Shown: positions 12,546-26,033 of the stretch, one piece after another
Layout of the letters: every line of letters begins with the position of its first letter
Numbering within the stretch: position 1 is the first letter of the stretch
Assembly (NCBI RefSeq): GCF_006345805.1
Contig: NC_042997.1
Coordinates: forward strand, 25,234,001 to 25,298,000
DNA length: 64,000 nucleotides
Source: Octopus sinensis
Lineage: Eukaryota
Direction of reading: 5' to 3'
Notes under the pieces: generated by a model
Databases searched by the model: none
The model's input: only the letters and a program-made list of their open reading frames with translations
What the model was told of the DNA's origin: nothing
Position numbers and translations under genes: made by a program

Positions 12546-14602
12546 ATATGAGTGTATATATTTTATCATTTTGTAATTGGAAGAAAGTTATAATTTTGAC
12601 TCACTGGCCAAGGATATCATGCATATCACTTATGAAAAATGTAGGAAAGGTGCTAGATGCGAAATGTTCGGCCCTTGAGTTAATTTTGTGACTTTCTGTC
12701 TCTTTAAAAGCATATTTGCGTGTATACGTGTGAGTACTAGTGTGCGTGCGCGCCCATTGTATTTCTAAAATATTAAAACCGTTTGCAAATGCATTATATA
12801 TTTTCATGCAAACGTTAATTAAGCATGAATTTCACTTTGGTAAAATGGTTAAACTTCAAATAGGGTAACGAGGTTAAACCACGGAACTTTTCTATCAGAA
12901 CGAATCGTGGTGGGGAATTCGTCCAATTTGAAAACGTTATTCCTGGTTAAAAGAGTAGTCTCTATTTAATTCATTTCTAGAGAAAGAAGGCGGCTTACAA
13001 GTAGTTATACATATAAAAAGTGTGACAAGCAACTGATACCAATTGTTTCATTTTTACATGAATGCATTGTCAGTGGTATGTATCAACTAAGTTCCGAAAC
13101 GGCGCACTTCTGAACAAACTCTTAATTAATTTGCATATATTCGTTTAATAAGCATACATTTGGACTTATTGAGTTAGTATATACTGGAGATATGCTGTCG
13201 TTTCAGAATATTAGAAAAATATGTTTGAATTGAAAGAAATTTTGTATTTAAGTATAAATCAAAAAGTTTAAGTCATTAGATGATAAATCAAAAAATATAG
13301 AATGGTTGTATACTGTCAATCTAACAAGAACGTGACAGGAGGGGGTACACCACCGCTGTATAGCCCTAGGAAGCCTCGAACACCTCTACGTTATAATCTA
13401 CGAACTAAATTTCAAGTATTCAGAGATGCTGCATTCTCACCTTTTTGTTAGAACGACCAGAATAATAGGTAGGTGTGGTTTTTCTTAATTATTGACGGCT
13501 CCAAGAGTGACTTTTGTCCATTTTACAAAGAAAAAATAGAATTTATCATTCTTCATGGAAATGCTATGGTTATCCGGAAGTGAATTTACACATTTGAACG
13601 TCAGTACATTCGCATATGGTGCGAATTAATTATGAACTACTCGAGTGGAATTATATGACAAACGATCATTAATGTAAATGTGTAAAGGTCTCTTATTGAA
13701 TAGGGAATTTGTTTATGCTATATTGTCTTTTCAATCACTGTATTAAATCATCTCTAGTGTCGTTTAAGGGCCTCAAGATTCTGGCGGCCAATTCTGATCT
13801 TAGTATGTTGTAACTTGCTGTCAATAAATAACTTCTATAAGTCCCAGTGTACTGGAATGCCCGGAGACCTATTATACGGTTAATCCGACTCTGCCCAGAT
13901 ACATTTTTTCAAATTATGTTGTAATTATATATTAATGTTTTACATTTTATTCCTAATTCTTAAAAAAATTTCTAATTGATGATTGTTGATTTCAAATTCA
14001 TCATAAAAAGATAAAAAAATTTAAATTTATCTTCAAGTATATAAATTTCAATTTTATTCATTATTATTTCTATAACCGAAGTTATAGTCTAAAACGACAA
14101 AATTAATCCATTTTATATTAAATCACACATTTATATATATTTATACATTTCCAAATAAATTCGCCCCATGGAAAGATATAGGCAAATAAAGTTGTTACTG
14201 AGAATATAGAACAAATAGATATATTAATAGTTAGATTTAAGGAAAGAATAAAAATATATATACACAAGTAGAGGAAGGGTGAGAGATAAAAATATATTGA
14301 CTATATAGTTGATACATGGATATATACACGGACACCCATTTACCTTTACAAGATCTTCGAGCGTGATAGAAGAAGAAATGTATCAGTTAGCTGAAGACTG
14401 GGTTGAGTGGTCTCGGCAAAAGTTACCCAAAATATCAGGGAGTAGTATTAAAAAGGGTGTCAAAATAATCTATCAATCAATCAAAACGCACACACACACA
14501 CACAGTTATACACACACCTACACACACTCAAACACACACGCACATATAGAGAAAGCGACAGAGTGACAAGCGGAAAAAGGAAGACCTAGCTAGCTAGGTG
14601 AC

Positions 14603-14662
<60 letters not shown>

Positions 14663-14730
14663 CATAGATAGATCGATAGATAGATTGGTAGGTAGGTAGG
14701 TAGGTAGGTAGATAGATAGATAGATAGATA

Positions 14731-15277
14731 AGTTTCTTTATTGGCCACACAGGGCTGCACACAGATGGGGCAAGTTACAAGGTAGAGCTTTTCTTTTGGG
14801 GGATGAAGAAAACAAAAAAAAGGGGGGGGCGTAGGTTTTCGATCAAGAGGGATCGTAAAAGGGAAGAAAAGAACAAAAATAATAAATAAATAAATAAATA
14901 AATAAAATAAAAAATAAAAGGAATAAAAAGAAAAAAAAAGGAAAAGGAACAAGAGAAAAGAGTAATGAAAAAAGAAGAAAAAAAGGGAGAAAAAACGGGA
15001 AGAGGAAAAAAAAGAACGATCAATAGGAATCGTGTATCACAGTGTTATGATATATGGTGTAAAGGGGAAAGCAAGTAAGGTTTATCCGTGGGAAGAAAAG
15101 CCTACGAAAAAGACCACGGTAACCTTGGTCAATATTGTTATATGTTACCACATTTGTTTGCAATTGGGTAACCCTCTGTTTTCAATTGCTGGGTTCATAG
15201 GATTATGCTCAAGGTGGCTTCGTCATTCATACGTGACATCCTTGCTACATTCACCCATCTTTTTTTAAAACATTCGC

Positions 15278-15278
<1 letters not shown>
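14731..15278 (-). mobile_element. 5'-truncated Tx1/L1-like LINE 3' end embedded in (GATA)n
   Basis: Minus 15278-15195 encodes SECFKKRWVNVARMSRMNDEATLSIIL*, resembling an L1/Tx1 ORF2 C-terminus. A 3' UTR with aataaa follows directly before (TATC)n; GATA arrays lie on both sides (14603-14730, 15279-15345). Confidence 0.7.
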
Positions 15279-15345
<67 letters not shown>

Positions 15346-15346
<1 letters not shown>

Positions 15347-15450
15347 TTGCCATATTCTGAATGCCTTACTTCCATGAGCATGGATACATTGAAATCCGAC
15401 GTCTAGCAGCTGACTTAGCAGACACCCATAAAATTATTAACCATCTTTCA
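15346..15450 (+). pseudogene. Short CR1/L2-type ORF2 C-terminal fragment
   Basis: Reads approximately LPYSECLTSMSMDTLK(S)RRLAADLADTHKIINHL with one frameshift, resembling the CR1 motif LxYxERLxxLxxxTLxxRRLxxDL. Confidence 0.6.
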
Positions 15451-16197
15451 TTATTATTATAGACTGATTGATTGATAAATAGGATGAGTGAGATAAACAG
15501 ATATCTTAGGTCCATGGAAAACACACATCGATATAATGCAGCAAATACGTTTGGATCAATTAATATTGGACTAGCTAATATAAAGAATTAAAATATGGCA
15601 TGCCACAGTATGTGGAAAAACTGTCACAGTACGTGGCATGGCTCTATCTTGAATTACAGGTGTAGTCAATTCAAGGGATGGCCAAATTTCACTTACATGG
15701 CTTAGGGTGACCATTGACTATTAAAAAGTCGCTTGATCACCACACCGAAAAGGCTTATATTATATAAGAGGAGGCAGCATGACAGGTGAATACAGATTTC
15801 TTATTTCCATATGATTTCCATGTGATTACAGCCGTTTCGCAAACTTTTCGGTATAGAACTATAAATTTCAATATTCCAAATTATATATATATAGATTTTT
15901 TATCAATATGCCAACATGCCATTATATAATACAATTGTATATTCACATACAAATATGTGTGGTGCGTGTGTATGTATGTACGTATGTGCGTATATACGTA
16001 GGTACGTAGATACGTATGTATGTATGTATGTATGTATGTATGTATGTATGTATGTATGTATGTATGAATGCGCGTTTGTACGTATACAAATATGTAAAAA
16101 TATGCGTATATCTAAAGAGAAAGGGAGAAAGAGAAAAGAGACAGAGATAGAAAGACTCTCATAGAGACTAGCAGAAACAAAAGTTTCAGAGCAAGTT

Positions 16198-16230
<33 letters not shown>

Positions 16231-16237
16231 AAGAGAA

Positions 16238-16271
<34 letters not shown>

Positions 16272-16830
16272 CGTGCGTGGTTTTTCAATATTCAGTATTA
16301 GACATATAAATATTATTAGCAAAATGTTGCAATATGAAATAACGTTTGATGATTAAGAGAAATGAAATATGCATGAGATGTCATCAGTCTGGAGTGTCCA
16401 CTAAATTATGAACATTTAACATTTCCACGTTTTTCTCTAGTTCAATTTGCTTTGATAATAATTGACCCTTCATTTCAATTCACAAGGTTGTTATAATAAT
16501 ACTGCATATTGTAAATATTCATAGCCTTTTAATTTACTCATTAAGAATTTAGATACAGCATTTATTATAAAATATTAAATTGATCGTAGCGAATCCAATT
16601 AGATTTTTATTAGTATTCATACGATGTCAGGCTCTTTACAACATCGGCCAAAATGCGTTCTGGTATTTAGTAGGGTCCCTTCATTTTCTGAATATAAAAC
16701 TAGTCAGGTAGTCGAATTTAAATCGACTAATCCTTTGAATGTTATACAAAAGCATAGTCACGGTTCAAGAACCGACAAAATCTTTTAATTTAAATTTCAC
16801 ATCTGTTTTCATTAATTACCAAAAGATCAG

Positions 16831-17010
16831 TTTCAAATATTGGCACAAGGCCAGCCATTTCGGGGATAAGTGAAGTCGATTACATCGGCTCCAGTGAAAG
16901 AAAGGCAAAGTCGACCTAGAGGGAATTTGAATCTAGGGCAGAAGAGCGGATGAAATGCCGATAAGCATTTTGTTCGACATGCTAACGATTCTGTTATCAC
17001 GCCACCTTAA
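16831..17010 (-). mobile_element. SINE A, decayed
   Basis: aaaggcaaagtcgacc...gaatttgaa...gctaacgattctg. Confidence 0.8.
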
Positions 17011-18082
17011 TGAAAAATATATTAAAATCAAGAAAATGAAACAAGCGTCCATACTGATTTTCTACAAAATTACACCGTTTTTAAGCCAACTCGAACCCTG
17101 GATAGAATTATCTCCCGTAGATTTTGTAGGAACTCACGCATATTTATCTCTAAATTATGAAAAGGTGCGTTTCATGCTTCCTTGACTCTGCTCAAAGGAG
17201 ACATCCATGACTTCAGTCAACCTATCAATAATATACATCAGTTGTTTCTAAAGCAGTCATGAATTAGACTAGTACCGTGGTGGATAGTTCCATTTGCACA
17301 TCTTTGCTTTTGGTAGTCTGTCATGAATTAACCAGTATCTGTTATTACACAATAGTGTACATAAGAAGAACTGAAATAAATTTCAGCATTATTGAATATC
17401 AGTGTGTGCCAAATAAAAATAAGAAGAAAGTAGATTCTTTCTATATTCTTGATGTGCGAATAAAGAAGGAGTTTCTTGACGAAGCATTTCAAAATTTATC
17501 GACCGTTTTCAAGAGAAGACGTACTCGAATTCCTTCTCAATCTATAATCATAGATCAGATACTTATAAAACAGCTATGAACTAAGTTGGCTAGTACCGTC
17601 GTGGGTGACATGATTTGCATATTTTCCTTTTCGCAACTCATCATGAATTGAACAATAGATACTTATGCATAACGCAGTGTACATTATGAGAACTGAAATA
17701 AATTTATATAAAATTGTAAGCATATCTTTCTTATATCATTTATGCGTGAAAAAAGAGAATGGTGATTCATGACAGAGTAGTTCAGTCTTTTTCTTGACCG
17801 ATTCTTAGAGGAGAGAACCCAGTTTTCTTGCATATTGATCACTGCTACCGATTCGAAGAAGGATGCTGTGAACGTCATCTCTGATGAGCAGCGGGGAAAA
17901 TTGGGAAATGAACTGTCTCGAGACGCCCTCTATGTCGGTTGTGCTGCACATCAGTACCATAGGAAGAATGAGTTTACATAACAGAAAACCAACCATTCCT
18001 GCTAAGTAATGCAATCAATTGGCCATAAAGCTGCATTGTTAACTAGTGGAAATCCATCTCAGTATCATACAGTTAACTAAGA

Positions 18083-18290
18083 CGGCCAGCTTGCAGAATT
18101 GTAAGCAGATCAGATTACATACACAGCAGCCTTTCTTCCGGCTCTTTAGGTCCTGAGTTCAAATCCTGCCGAGGTCAGCTGTGGCTTTCATCCTTTTGGA
18201 GTTGAAAAAATAATTATTAGTTGTACTCTAGGGTCAAAGTAATCTACTAGACCTCTTCACTAAAATTTTTGGCTTTGAATTTCAAAGCTA
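18083..18290 (+). mobile_element. SINE A, old copy
   Basis: ctgagttcaaatcctgccgaggtc...ctttcatccttttgg. Confidence 0.75.
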
Positions 18291-18362
18291 TTCAAAGCTA
18301 ATTTCACCATATTATACAAAGTTTTCTCATTTACCATTTCTAGATATGAAATATTTACCAGG

Positions 18363-18755
18363 ATAGGCGCAAGAGTGGCTGTGTAGTAAGTAGATTGCTT
18401 ACCAACCACGTGGTTCCGGGTCCAGTCCCACTGCATGGCATATTTGGTGAGTGTCTTCTACTATAGCCTCGGGCCGACGAAAGCTTGTGAGTGGATTTGG
18501 TAGACGGAAACTCAAAGAAACCTGTCGTATATATATGCACGTACATGTTTGTGTGTCTGTGTTTGTCCCCCCAACATCGCTTGACAAATGATGCTGGTGT
18601 GCTTACGTCCCCGTCATCTAGCGGTTCGGCAAGGGAGACCGATAGGATAAGTACTTGGCTTACAAAGAATAAGTCCCCGGGTCGATTTACTTGACTAAAA
18701 GCGGTGCTTCAGCATGACTGCAGTCAAACGACTGAAACAAATAAAAGAATAAAAA
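18363..18755 (+). mobile_element. SINE family B, full length
   Basis: ataggcgcaagagtggctgtgtagtaag...actgaaacaaataaaagaat. Confidence 0.92.
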
Positions 18756-19151
18756 TATTAGAATATAGATACCAAAACATGCAACATCGTTTAGGCATAA
18801 AATGGACATTTTGTGGTATTTGACAAATTGGACTTTGCGTGCTGATAAATTCAAAAGGCATACAAGGGAAATATGGATTAAAATAATAATCATACAAGTT
18901 CCATTTTCATTTGAACCCGTGCAGTCATCATTAACTCACCAAGCACACAAGATTCATTACTGAAGCTTGCGCTAGTTCTCTATATCCATATTTGCGTTAA
19001 CCCTATGCAAAAGAGATGTACCTTTATGCTGACGGACCTCCTCTATTACATCCTTGCATCAGCCATCTTAAGTAGAATCAATTCATGCTCTTTAGCAATA
19101 TGTACCGACATACATGCTTGTATCCATAAAAAAAAAACATACACACATACA

Positions 19152-19190
<39 letters not shown>

Positions 19191-19264
19191 CGGGAAGCTT
19201 TATGAAAATAGACAAAAGACGAAGGCAGGTTTACGGAAATAAATATATATATATATATATATAT

Positions 19265-19470
19265 GTAGGTCCCGGGTTGAGTCGGGGTTAACCACAGTAA
19301 ATAAGGTACTCAATACATAGCAGAGTAAATTAATTTATTTTATTTTATAGAAGGAGCTTCTACTGGACTAGAACTGTTTCATTCAAATGAAATCATCAGG
19401 AACCTGATGATTTCATTTGAATGAAACAGTTCTAGTCCTGTAGAAGCTCCTTCTATAAAATAAAATAAAT
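19265..19470. mobile_element. PLE-like terminal fragment with a 68-bp inverted duplication (67/68 match, 2-nt loop) in (TA)n
   Basis: Arms 19333-19400 and 19403-19470; each arm begins cCTGATGA-12 nt-GAAAC. Confidence 0.75.
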
Positions 19471-19472
19471 AA

Positions 19473-19505
<33 letters not shown>

Positions 19506-19608
19506 TATATATATACACGTACGCTACGCATACACATATATGCACACTTACATAAACACACAGAGGTTTTAGGTGTGTGTGTTTGAATGAGTGTTTGAGT
19601 GTGTGTGT

Positions 19609-19646
<38 letters not shown>

Positions 19647-20157
19647 ATGATTGTACATGTGTACTTGCGTGTGTGCCTGCTTGTGAGTGAACGTGTGTGT
19701 ATAACTGTTCGTGTTTGTATGCCTGATTGTGGCTATATACGTAAGAGTATTTTAAACACACGTCTCATACAATATTTCCGATCTGAAATGAACCATGAAA
19801 TATCGAGCCCCACGTATTCAATTCTCTAACATATAACGCCACCTCCATTAAAAATGAACTGCATAAAAAACAAAATCATTGCCTGTTCAATATTTTCTAC
19901 AGCTTGTATCAAATTTTTTCACACTAACTTAATCATCGATTCTCAGGATGAGTGTTTGAATATTTTGTTTCAATAAATATATTGTTGACTGTCTTTATTC
20001 ATCCCGATCTCTCTCATTTTTCTCTCTCTCTTTTTTTCTTTCTGTCCCTCTCTCTCTTAACACTCCCATTTTGCAGGCAGTCTCACATTGTCTCTCAACT
20101 TCTTCCATTTCACTCACGCTATGTTTCCGTCATTTCTGAAGACCAGTTAGACATATA

Positions 20158-20425
20158 ATAAAAAAATAAATAAATGCGCCCTTCTAAAGCCTAGCCATGC
20201 TCATGGGACCGGTTTCCCGGTTTCACGGGAGCATGTGTTCCCCAGCGGGATGGGACGCCAGTCCGTCGCAGCGTTACTCATTTTTGCCAACCGAGTGGAC
20301 TGGAGCAACGTGAAATGAAGCGTTTTGCTCAAAAACACAAAGCGTCGCCCGGAATAGGAATCGAAACCACAACTTACGATCATGATACTGACACACTAAC
20401 CACTAAGCCACGCGCCTCCACATCC
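20158..20425 (-). mobile_element. tRNA-derived SINE, head H2 (Meta/V-like core) + tail T3, with 12-bp TSD
   Basis: TSD gttagacatata at 20146-20157 and 20426-20437; core ctgcgacggactggcgtcccatcc. Confidence 0.9.
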
Positions 20426-20783
20426 GTTAGACATATACGTACATTCGAATAACAGTATACGTCATTTTTAACTCTCCAGAAGAATGTCTTTCCTTTCTAA
20501 ATATACAACTATACCATAAGAAAGTATACAGAAATTCATAGATTAATTTCTCTAGAATTAAATCACTCGGTGAAGAGAACCTGGAAAACAAAACTGATGC
20601 TCACCATAGACATCATAATGCATAGAAATATTAATCTATTCACATAGTTTGTGTACACGCGTGTGTGTTTACTATGTGTCTTCCTGTATATATGTTAGAG
20701 TGTGCATGCATATTTTTCTATATGCATGTAAATTATATACGTGTATGTCTCTGTATGTACGTACGTATATACCTTTGTATTAT

Positions 20784-20874
<91 letters not shown>

Positions 20875-20875
<1 letters not shown>

Positions 20876-20993
20876 GTAAATGTAAAAAAATACAAACTGG
20901 GACAAGAACGTGAAACATTTAGAAGACGATACAAAAAACACGGACGGGACATTCGAAGCCTTCAATCTTCAGTCAAGAACCGGATCATCTTCG

Positions 20994-20997
<4 letters not shown>
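20875..20997 (-). mobile_element. Second copy of the terminal segment of the 8117-9035 element
   Basis: Reverse complement gatgatccggttcttgactgaagattgaaggcttcgaatgtcccgtccgtg is nearly identical to about 8872-8925; flanked by (TA)n. Confidence 0.8.
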
Positions 20998-21034
<37 letters not shown>

Positions 21035-21354
21035 TATATATATATTATATGTGTGTGTGTGTGTGTCTGTGTGTCTGTGTGTGTATATATAAACACTCAT
21101 ATTTTGATATGGAAATATGTTATATGCATATTTTATGTATGTATACACATATACATACATATATATACAGGAGCACACATGAATATACTTATATTTCTTC
21201 TACGAGTAAAAATATGCATATAAACCATACCATACACGCATACACATACACACCCACATACACCCACATACACACATACGGTGAATATTTATATATGCAT
21301 GCATACATATATAAATACATAAATATACGTACATACAACTATATACACATATAA

Positions 21355-21409
<55 letters not shown>

Positions 21410-22452
21410 CACATACACACATAAATATATATATGCATGTGTGACGTGTGCGAGGTTTCTGTGTTATGCATGTGCGTGCAATTGTGCACACGCATGCACG
21501 TATGTATGAGTGTACATGTGTGTGCATGTGTGTGCATATGTGTGCATGTGTGTGTGTGTGTGTGTGTGTGTGCGTGCGTGTGGGTGTGCACTGACAGCAT
21601 TTTGGTGTGTTTTGATTTTTAAAGAGTCCTTTGGTGTTAGTCGAGGTCGAAAGAAGGAGAGAGAATTGTAACGGTGTCACTCGACGAACGACTCTGCTAT
21701 AATGCTGACAATAGAATCCATTGTGTGTGTCTTATCTCTGACATGACTTGCCTCCGGTGGGGGCTGGTGGAGCGGGATGCGAAAGTGCTAGATGCGGTGT
21801 CATGGTACAGTGGTGTGTAGTAGAGTGGTGAGAAGCGGTGCGTTATTCTAGTGATGGGGGTGGTAGCGGTGATAGTGGCGCTGGTGGTCTGGCGAGGTGG
21901 GAATAGGTGGAAGAAAAGGACGAATATCACACATTAAAACTATATTATTTCTTTTTTGCTTGTTTTATTTTTGTATCTTCTTTTTCTTTTCTTTTCTTTA
22001 ATGTTATTTTTTTCTTTTCTTCTCTTATATATTTTTGTTGTTTTTCTCTTCTGTTGTTGTTGAGATTTCGTCCCGTTGTCTGAGACTGACAGAGCGAACG
22101 GAATGGTTTTCAAATTACCATCATGGAACTGACCCTCCACTGAATTGATATGGGTTGAGGATTGAGATAGAGATGGATTCAGTGTTGGAGAATACTAGAG
22201 AACATGTGACAGATTTAGGGAGTGACACAATCAGGGGGGAAAGTGAGAGACAAAAAGGACACGGAGGAAGAGACTGAGAAGAGGCAGAGAGGGAAAAAGA
22301 GTTAGATAGGTCTAAAGATTCATGCTCTACACGATATAAAGTAGTATAAGTAAAACTCATACACAAATACACACACGTAAGTATGTGTATGCATATGTGT
22401 ATAAACGTATATATGTATATAATATATATGTATATATATATATACATATATA

Positions 22453-22565
<113 letters not shown>

Positions 22566-22571
22566 GTGTGT

Positions 22572-22698
22572 GTGGAGGCGCAATGCCCGTGGTTAGGGGA
22601 GCGGACTCGCGGTCGTAGGATCGCGGTTTCGATTCCTAGACCATGCGTTGTGAGTGTTTATTGAGCGAAAACACCTAAAAAGCTCCACGAGGATCCGG

Positions 22699-22706
<8 letters not shown>
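22572..22706 (+). mobile_element. Internally deleted H1 SINE retaining the T2 terminus
   Basis: H1 head up to ccggca, then cgtgatatat, matching the T2 end at 2352-2360. Confidence 0.85.
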
Positions 22707-22731
<25 letters not shown>

Positions 22732-23484
22732 GATATGTTAATAAAATAGAACATATGCATATATATAAACATATATGTACGTACCTACCTCTACATGTAC
22801 ATATACACGCATATATGTGTACAGGACACCAAAAAGACGTCGAACACATAGAGAGACGAAACACATAGACACAAACCAAGGAACAAGACAAGCAAAAAAA
22901 AGAGAGATACAGGACTATAAGCACAACGAAAAATCCCCTTCTTCAGTCGCTAAGATTTCATCTACTAAACGTTTCGAAGGATAAAAGCGAGACGTATACT
23001 TCGAAGAAAAATTCCTTCCCGCGAAAAGCAAATCAATTAAAATTCTGAGATCTTTTCGCAGAGGGGTAAAAAAAACCAAGACGGTAACGACAGTACAAAC
23101 ATATAAACAGTAAAAAATATATATATAAACAGTGGAAAAATAAATATATAACAGTGAGAGTATATATATATACATACACACATATACATATACACACGTA
23201 TACACACATGCACATACATATATATGCAAGACACTTTTCCAAACATGTGCAATATGCCGTATATATACCTACCTACACGTGCTCGGTATAGAGATACAGT
23301 GAACGAGAAGGAGAGAGAAAGAAAAAATAGAGATAGATAGATGGATAGATAGAACTAATGTGGGAGAGACAGCTAAAGGGAACGAAAGAAATATATATAT
23401 GAAGAAGGTTGAATATTAAGAAATACTATTACTGGGAGACGATTAGGAAAAAAAGAAGAAAGAAATGATGCTTGAATTCATTAA

Positions 23485-23910
23485 TGATAACGACGATGGC
23501 AGTGATGATGATGATGATGATGATGATGACGACAACGATGATGATGACGATGACGATGATGATGATGATGATGACGGTGACGATGATGATGATGATGACG
23601 ATGATGATGATGACGGCGATGATGATGATGATGACGATGATGATGTTGATGACGACGACGACGGCGATGATGATGATGATGATGATGATGACGATGATGA
23701 TGTTGATGACGACGACGACGAGGATGATGATGATGATGATGATGATGACGACGACGACGACGATGATCATGATGATGAAAATGATAATGATGATGACGAC
23801 AAGGACGGTGATGATGATGATCATGACGACGACGACGACGACGACGATGATGATGATGATGACGACGACGACGATGACGACGGCGGCGGCGAAGACGGTA
23901 GTTTTGATGA
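23485..23910. repeat. (GAT/GAC)n compound microsatellite
   Basis: Direct reading; source of the poly-D, poly-M, poly-I and poly-H ORFs. Confidence 0.95.
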
Positions 23911-24124
23911 TGAACAGAATAACGGACGGACACAACGACGACGGTTATGGCTACAACGCGCATGATAAAAGCGGCATGAGGCCGACGATAATGATGTCGA
24001 AAATGAAGTTAAGGATGATGATGATGATGATGATGAAGATGTTCGGTTTTTCAAGGACTAGCAGATAGAATTAATTCAATTCAACTACTTTTTTCAGACT
24101 TAACTGCTATTGTGGACTAATAGT

Positions 24125-24285
24125 GGTTTCAAAATTTGACACAGGGCTATAAACGTCGTGGGGGGGTGTACGTCAATTACACCGACATGATACTTATTTT
24201 ATAGTCCCTGAAAGAATGAAAGGTATAGTTGAGCTCGGCGGAATTTGAACTCAGAGCGTAAAAGAGAGACGAAATGCTGCTAAAG
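24125..24285 (-). mobile_element. SINE A, decayed
   Basis: aaagaatgaaagg...cggcggaatttgaactcagagcgtaaa. Confidence 0.75.
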
Positions 24286-24940
24286 AATTAGTTAAATCTC
24301 CTCCCTCTTGCACGCTGTACTGTAGAATTTGGAAAACGCAATGGAAACCCAAGGATACAGAATTGAGATGCAACCGGCTGGAAAACTAGTGGTTTTAGTT
24401 CTGGGGTATATAATTAGAACTGGGGTAAATAAACAACACAAACAACAATTCATTAAACATTATTAATTTGAAAGAGGATTTTGAAAATCAAAGGAATAGT
24501 AATCGAAATTGTGTCCTTAATACACTGTACAACTTAACAAAAGGTTGGGTTTTAATTTCTCTCCCTCCTTTCCCCCCTCCTCTTGCTTTATCTTCTCATT
24601 TAAAAAAAAAATTTTCTGTATGAACTTGTCCTAAATTTTTTAAGTAAAAACAGCGAAACAAAACGCGTTTCTCTACGTGGTCTGATAAGACTGCTAGAAA
24701 TAGAAGCCATGTTACTAAAATCTTACAGGATTCTCTTCAAAAAGTACAGATTCAAGATAGATTATTGATCTTGATAGCATTATGTAATAAATAATACTTT
24801 TAAAACTATGATAGCGTGGTAACAACAGGAATGGCCCGGTTACAAACAACAACAACATCAACTAAAATAAATGATCAGTAACAATAGCAACTACTAAAAT
24901 AAACAATCAGTAACAATAAAAAACACAAAAAAATGTTTCT

Positions 24941-25302
24941 GTGACTGTGTGGTAAGTAGCTTGCTTACCAACCACATGGTTCCGGGTTCAGTCCTCAGTG
25001 CGTGGCACCTTGGGCAAGTGTCTTCTACTATAGCCTCGGGCCGACCAAAGCCTTGTGAGTGGATTTGGTAGACAGAAACTGAAAGAAGCCCGTCGTATAT
25101 ATGTATATATATATATGTGTGTGTGTCTTTGTGTGTCTGTGTTTGTCCTCCAAACATCGCTTGACAACCGATGCTGGTGTGTTTACCGATTGTGTTTACA
25201 AAGAATAAGTCCTGGGGTCGATTTGCTCGACTAAAAGGTGGTGCCCCAGCACGGCCACAGTCAAATGACTGAAACAAATAAAAGAGTAAATAAAAGAGTA
25301 AA
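24941..25302 (+). mobile_element. SINE family B with an internal deletion
   Basis: Matches the 32779 copy but lacks the cgtccccgtaacttagcgg...gtactaggc segment. Confidence 0.9.
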
Positions 25303-25998
25303 TATTTTGATAAAAATATACGGGAATACATGGCGTGCCCTGATGGCTAGTTAGTGTAAGGGAGATAAATGTGCAAGAACAGTTTCTATAACTATACATA
25401 ACTGCTTCTATCTTAGCCCTGAGATTGAATATCGTTAAACGTTGTTGACTTTGTTTAATACATTTCTCAAACTGTCTTGAATAAAGCCTCTTATTACTCC
25501 CGGATTTTCCTTTAAGACGGGGACTAACAATAAGGTGCCATAGTTAGTTAAAATAAGGTAATATATTCAACTGGCATTCGATCGTTTCGTAAACTTTCTT
25601 CCTTTCACACCACAATGCTTAAATCGTCTGAGAACAAAGTGAAAGTGTTTTAGCCTTCAGATATAGTAATGATATCTTTTTAAAGAATTTAGATATAATT
25701 AATTAACCCAGAGTTTATTGATTTGATCCAGCCTGCGTGATTTGATGAAACAACCCGACCAGGTATGAAACAAATTATCTGATGAACAGAATGTCACCTG
25801 CATTTTCAATCCAGTGACTGATTCAACCCAACTGACATTGCCAGAAGCTAGTTCTCCAAGAAACTAATTAGACAGAACCATTCATCTATATGGAGCATCT
25901 GCTGATGTTTCTGCTGTTGACGTTTTCTTTTTGTTTTTCAGAACCTCGTTGCAGATATAAAGCATTCACCTTTTGTGCTTGCTATTATATATGACATG

Positions 25999-26030
<32 letters not shown>

Positions 26031-26033
<3 letters not shown>

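Noticed and set aside
17881-17905. CTGATGA...GGAAA motif
   Set aside because: No stem II or stem I pairing.
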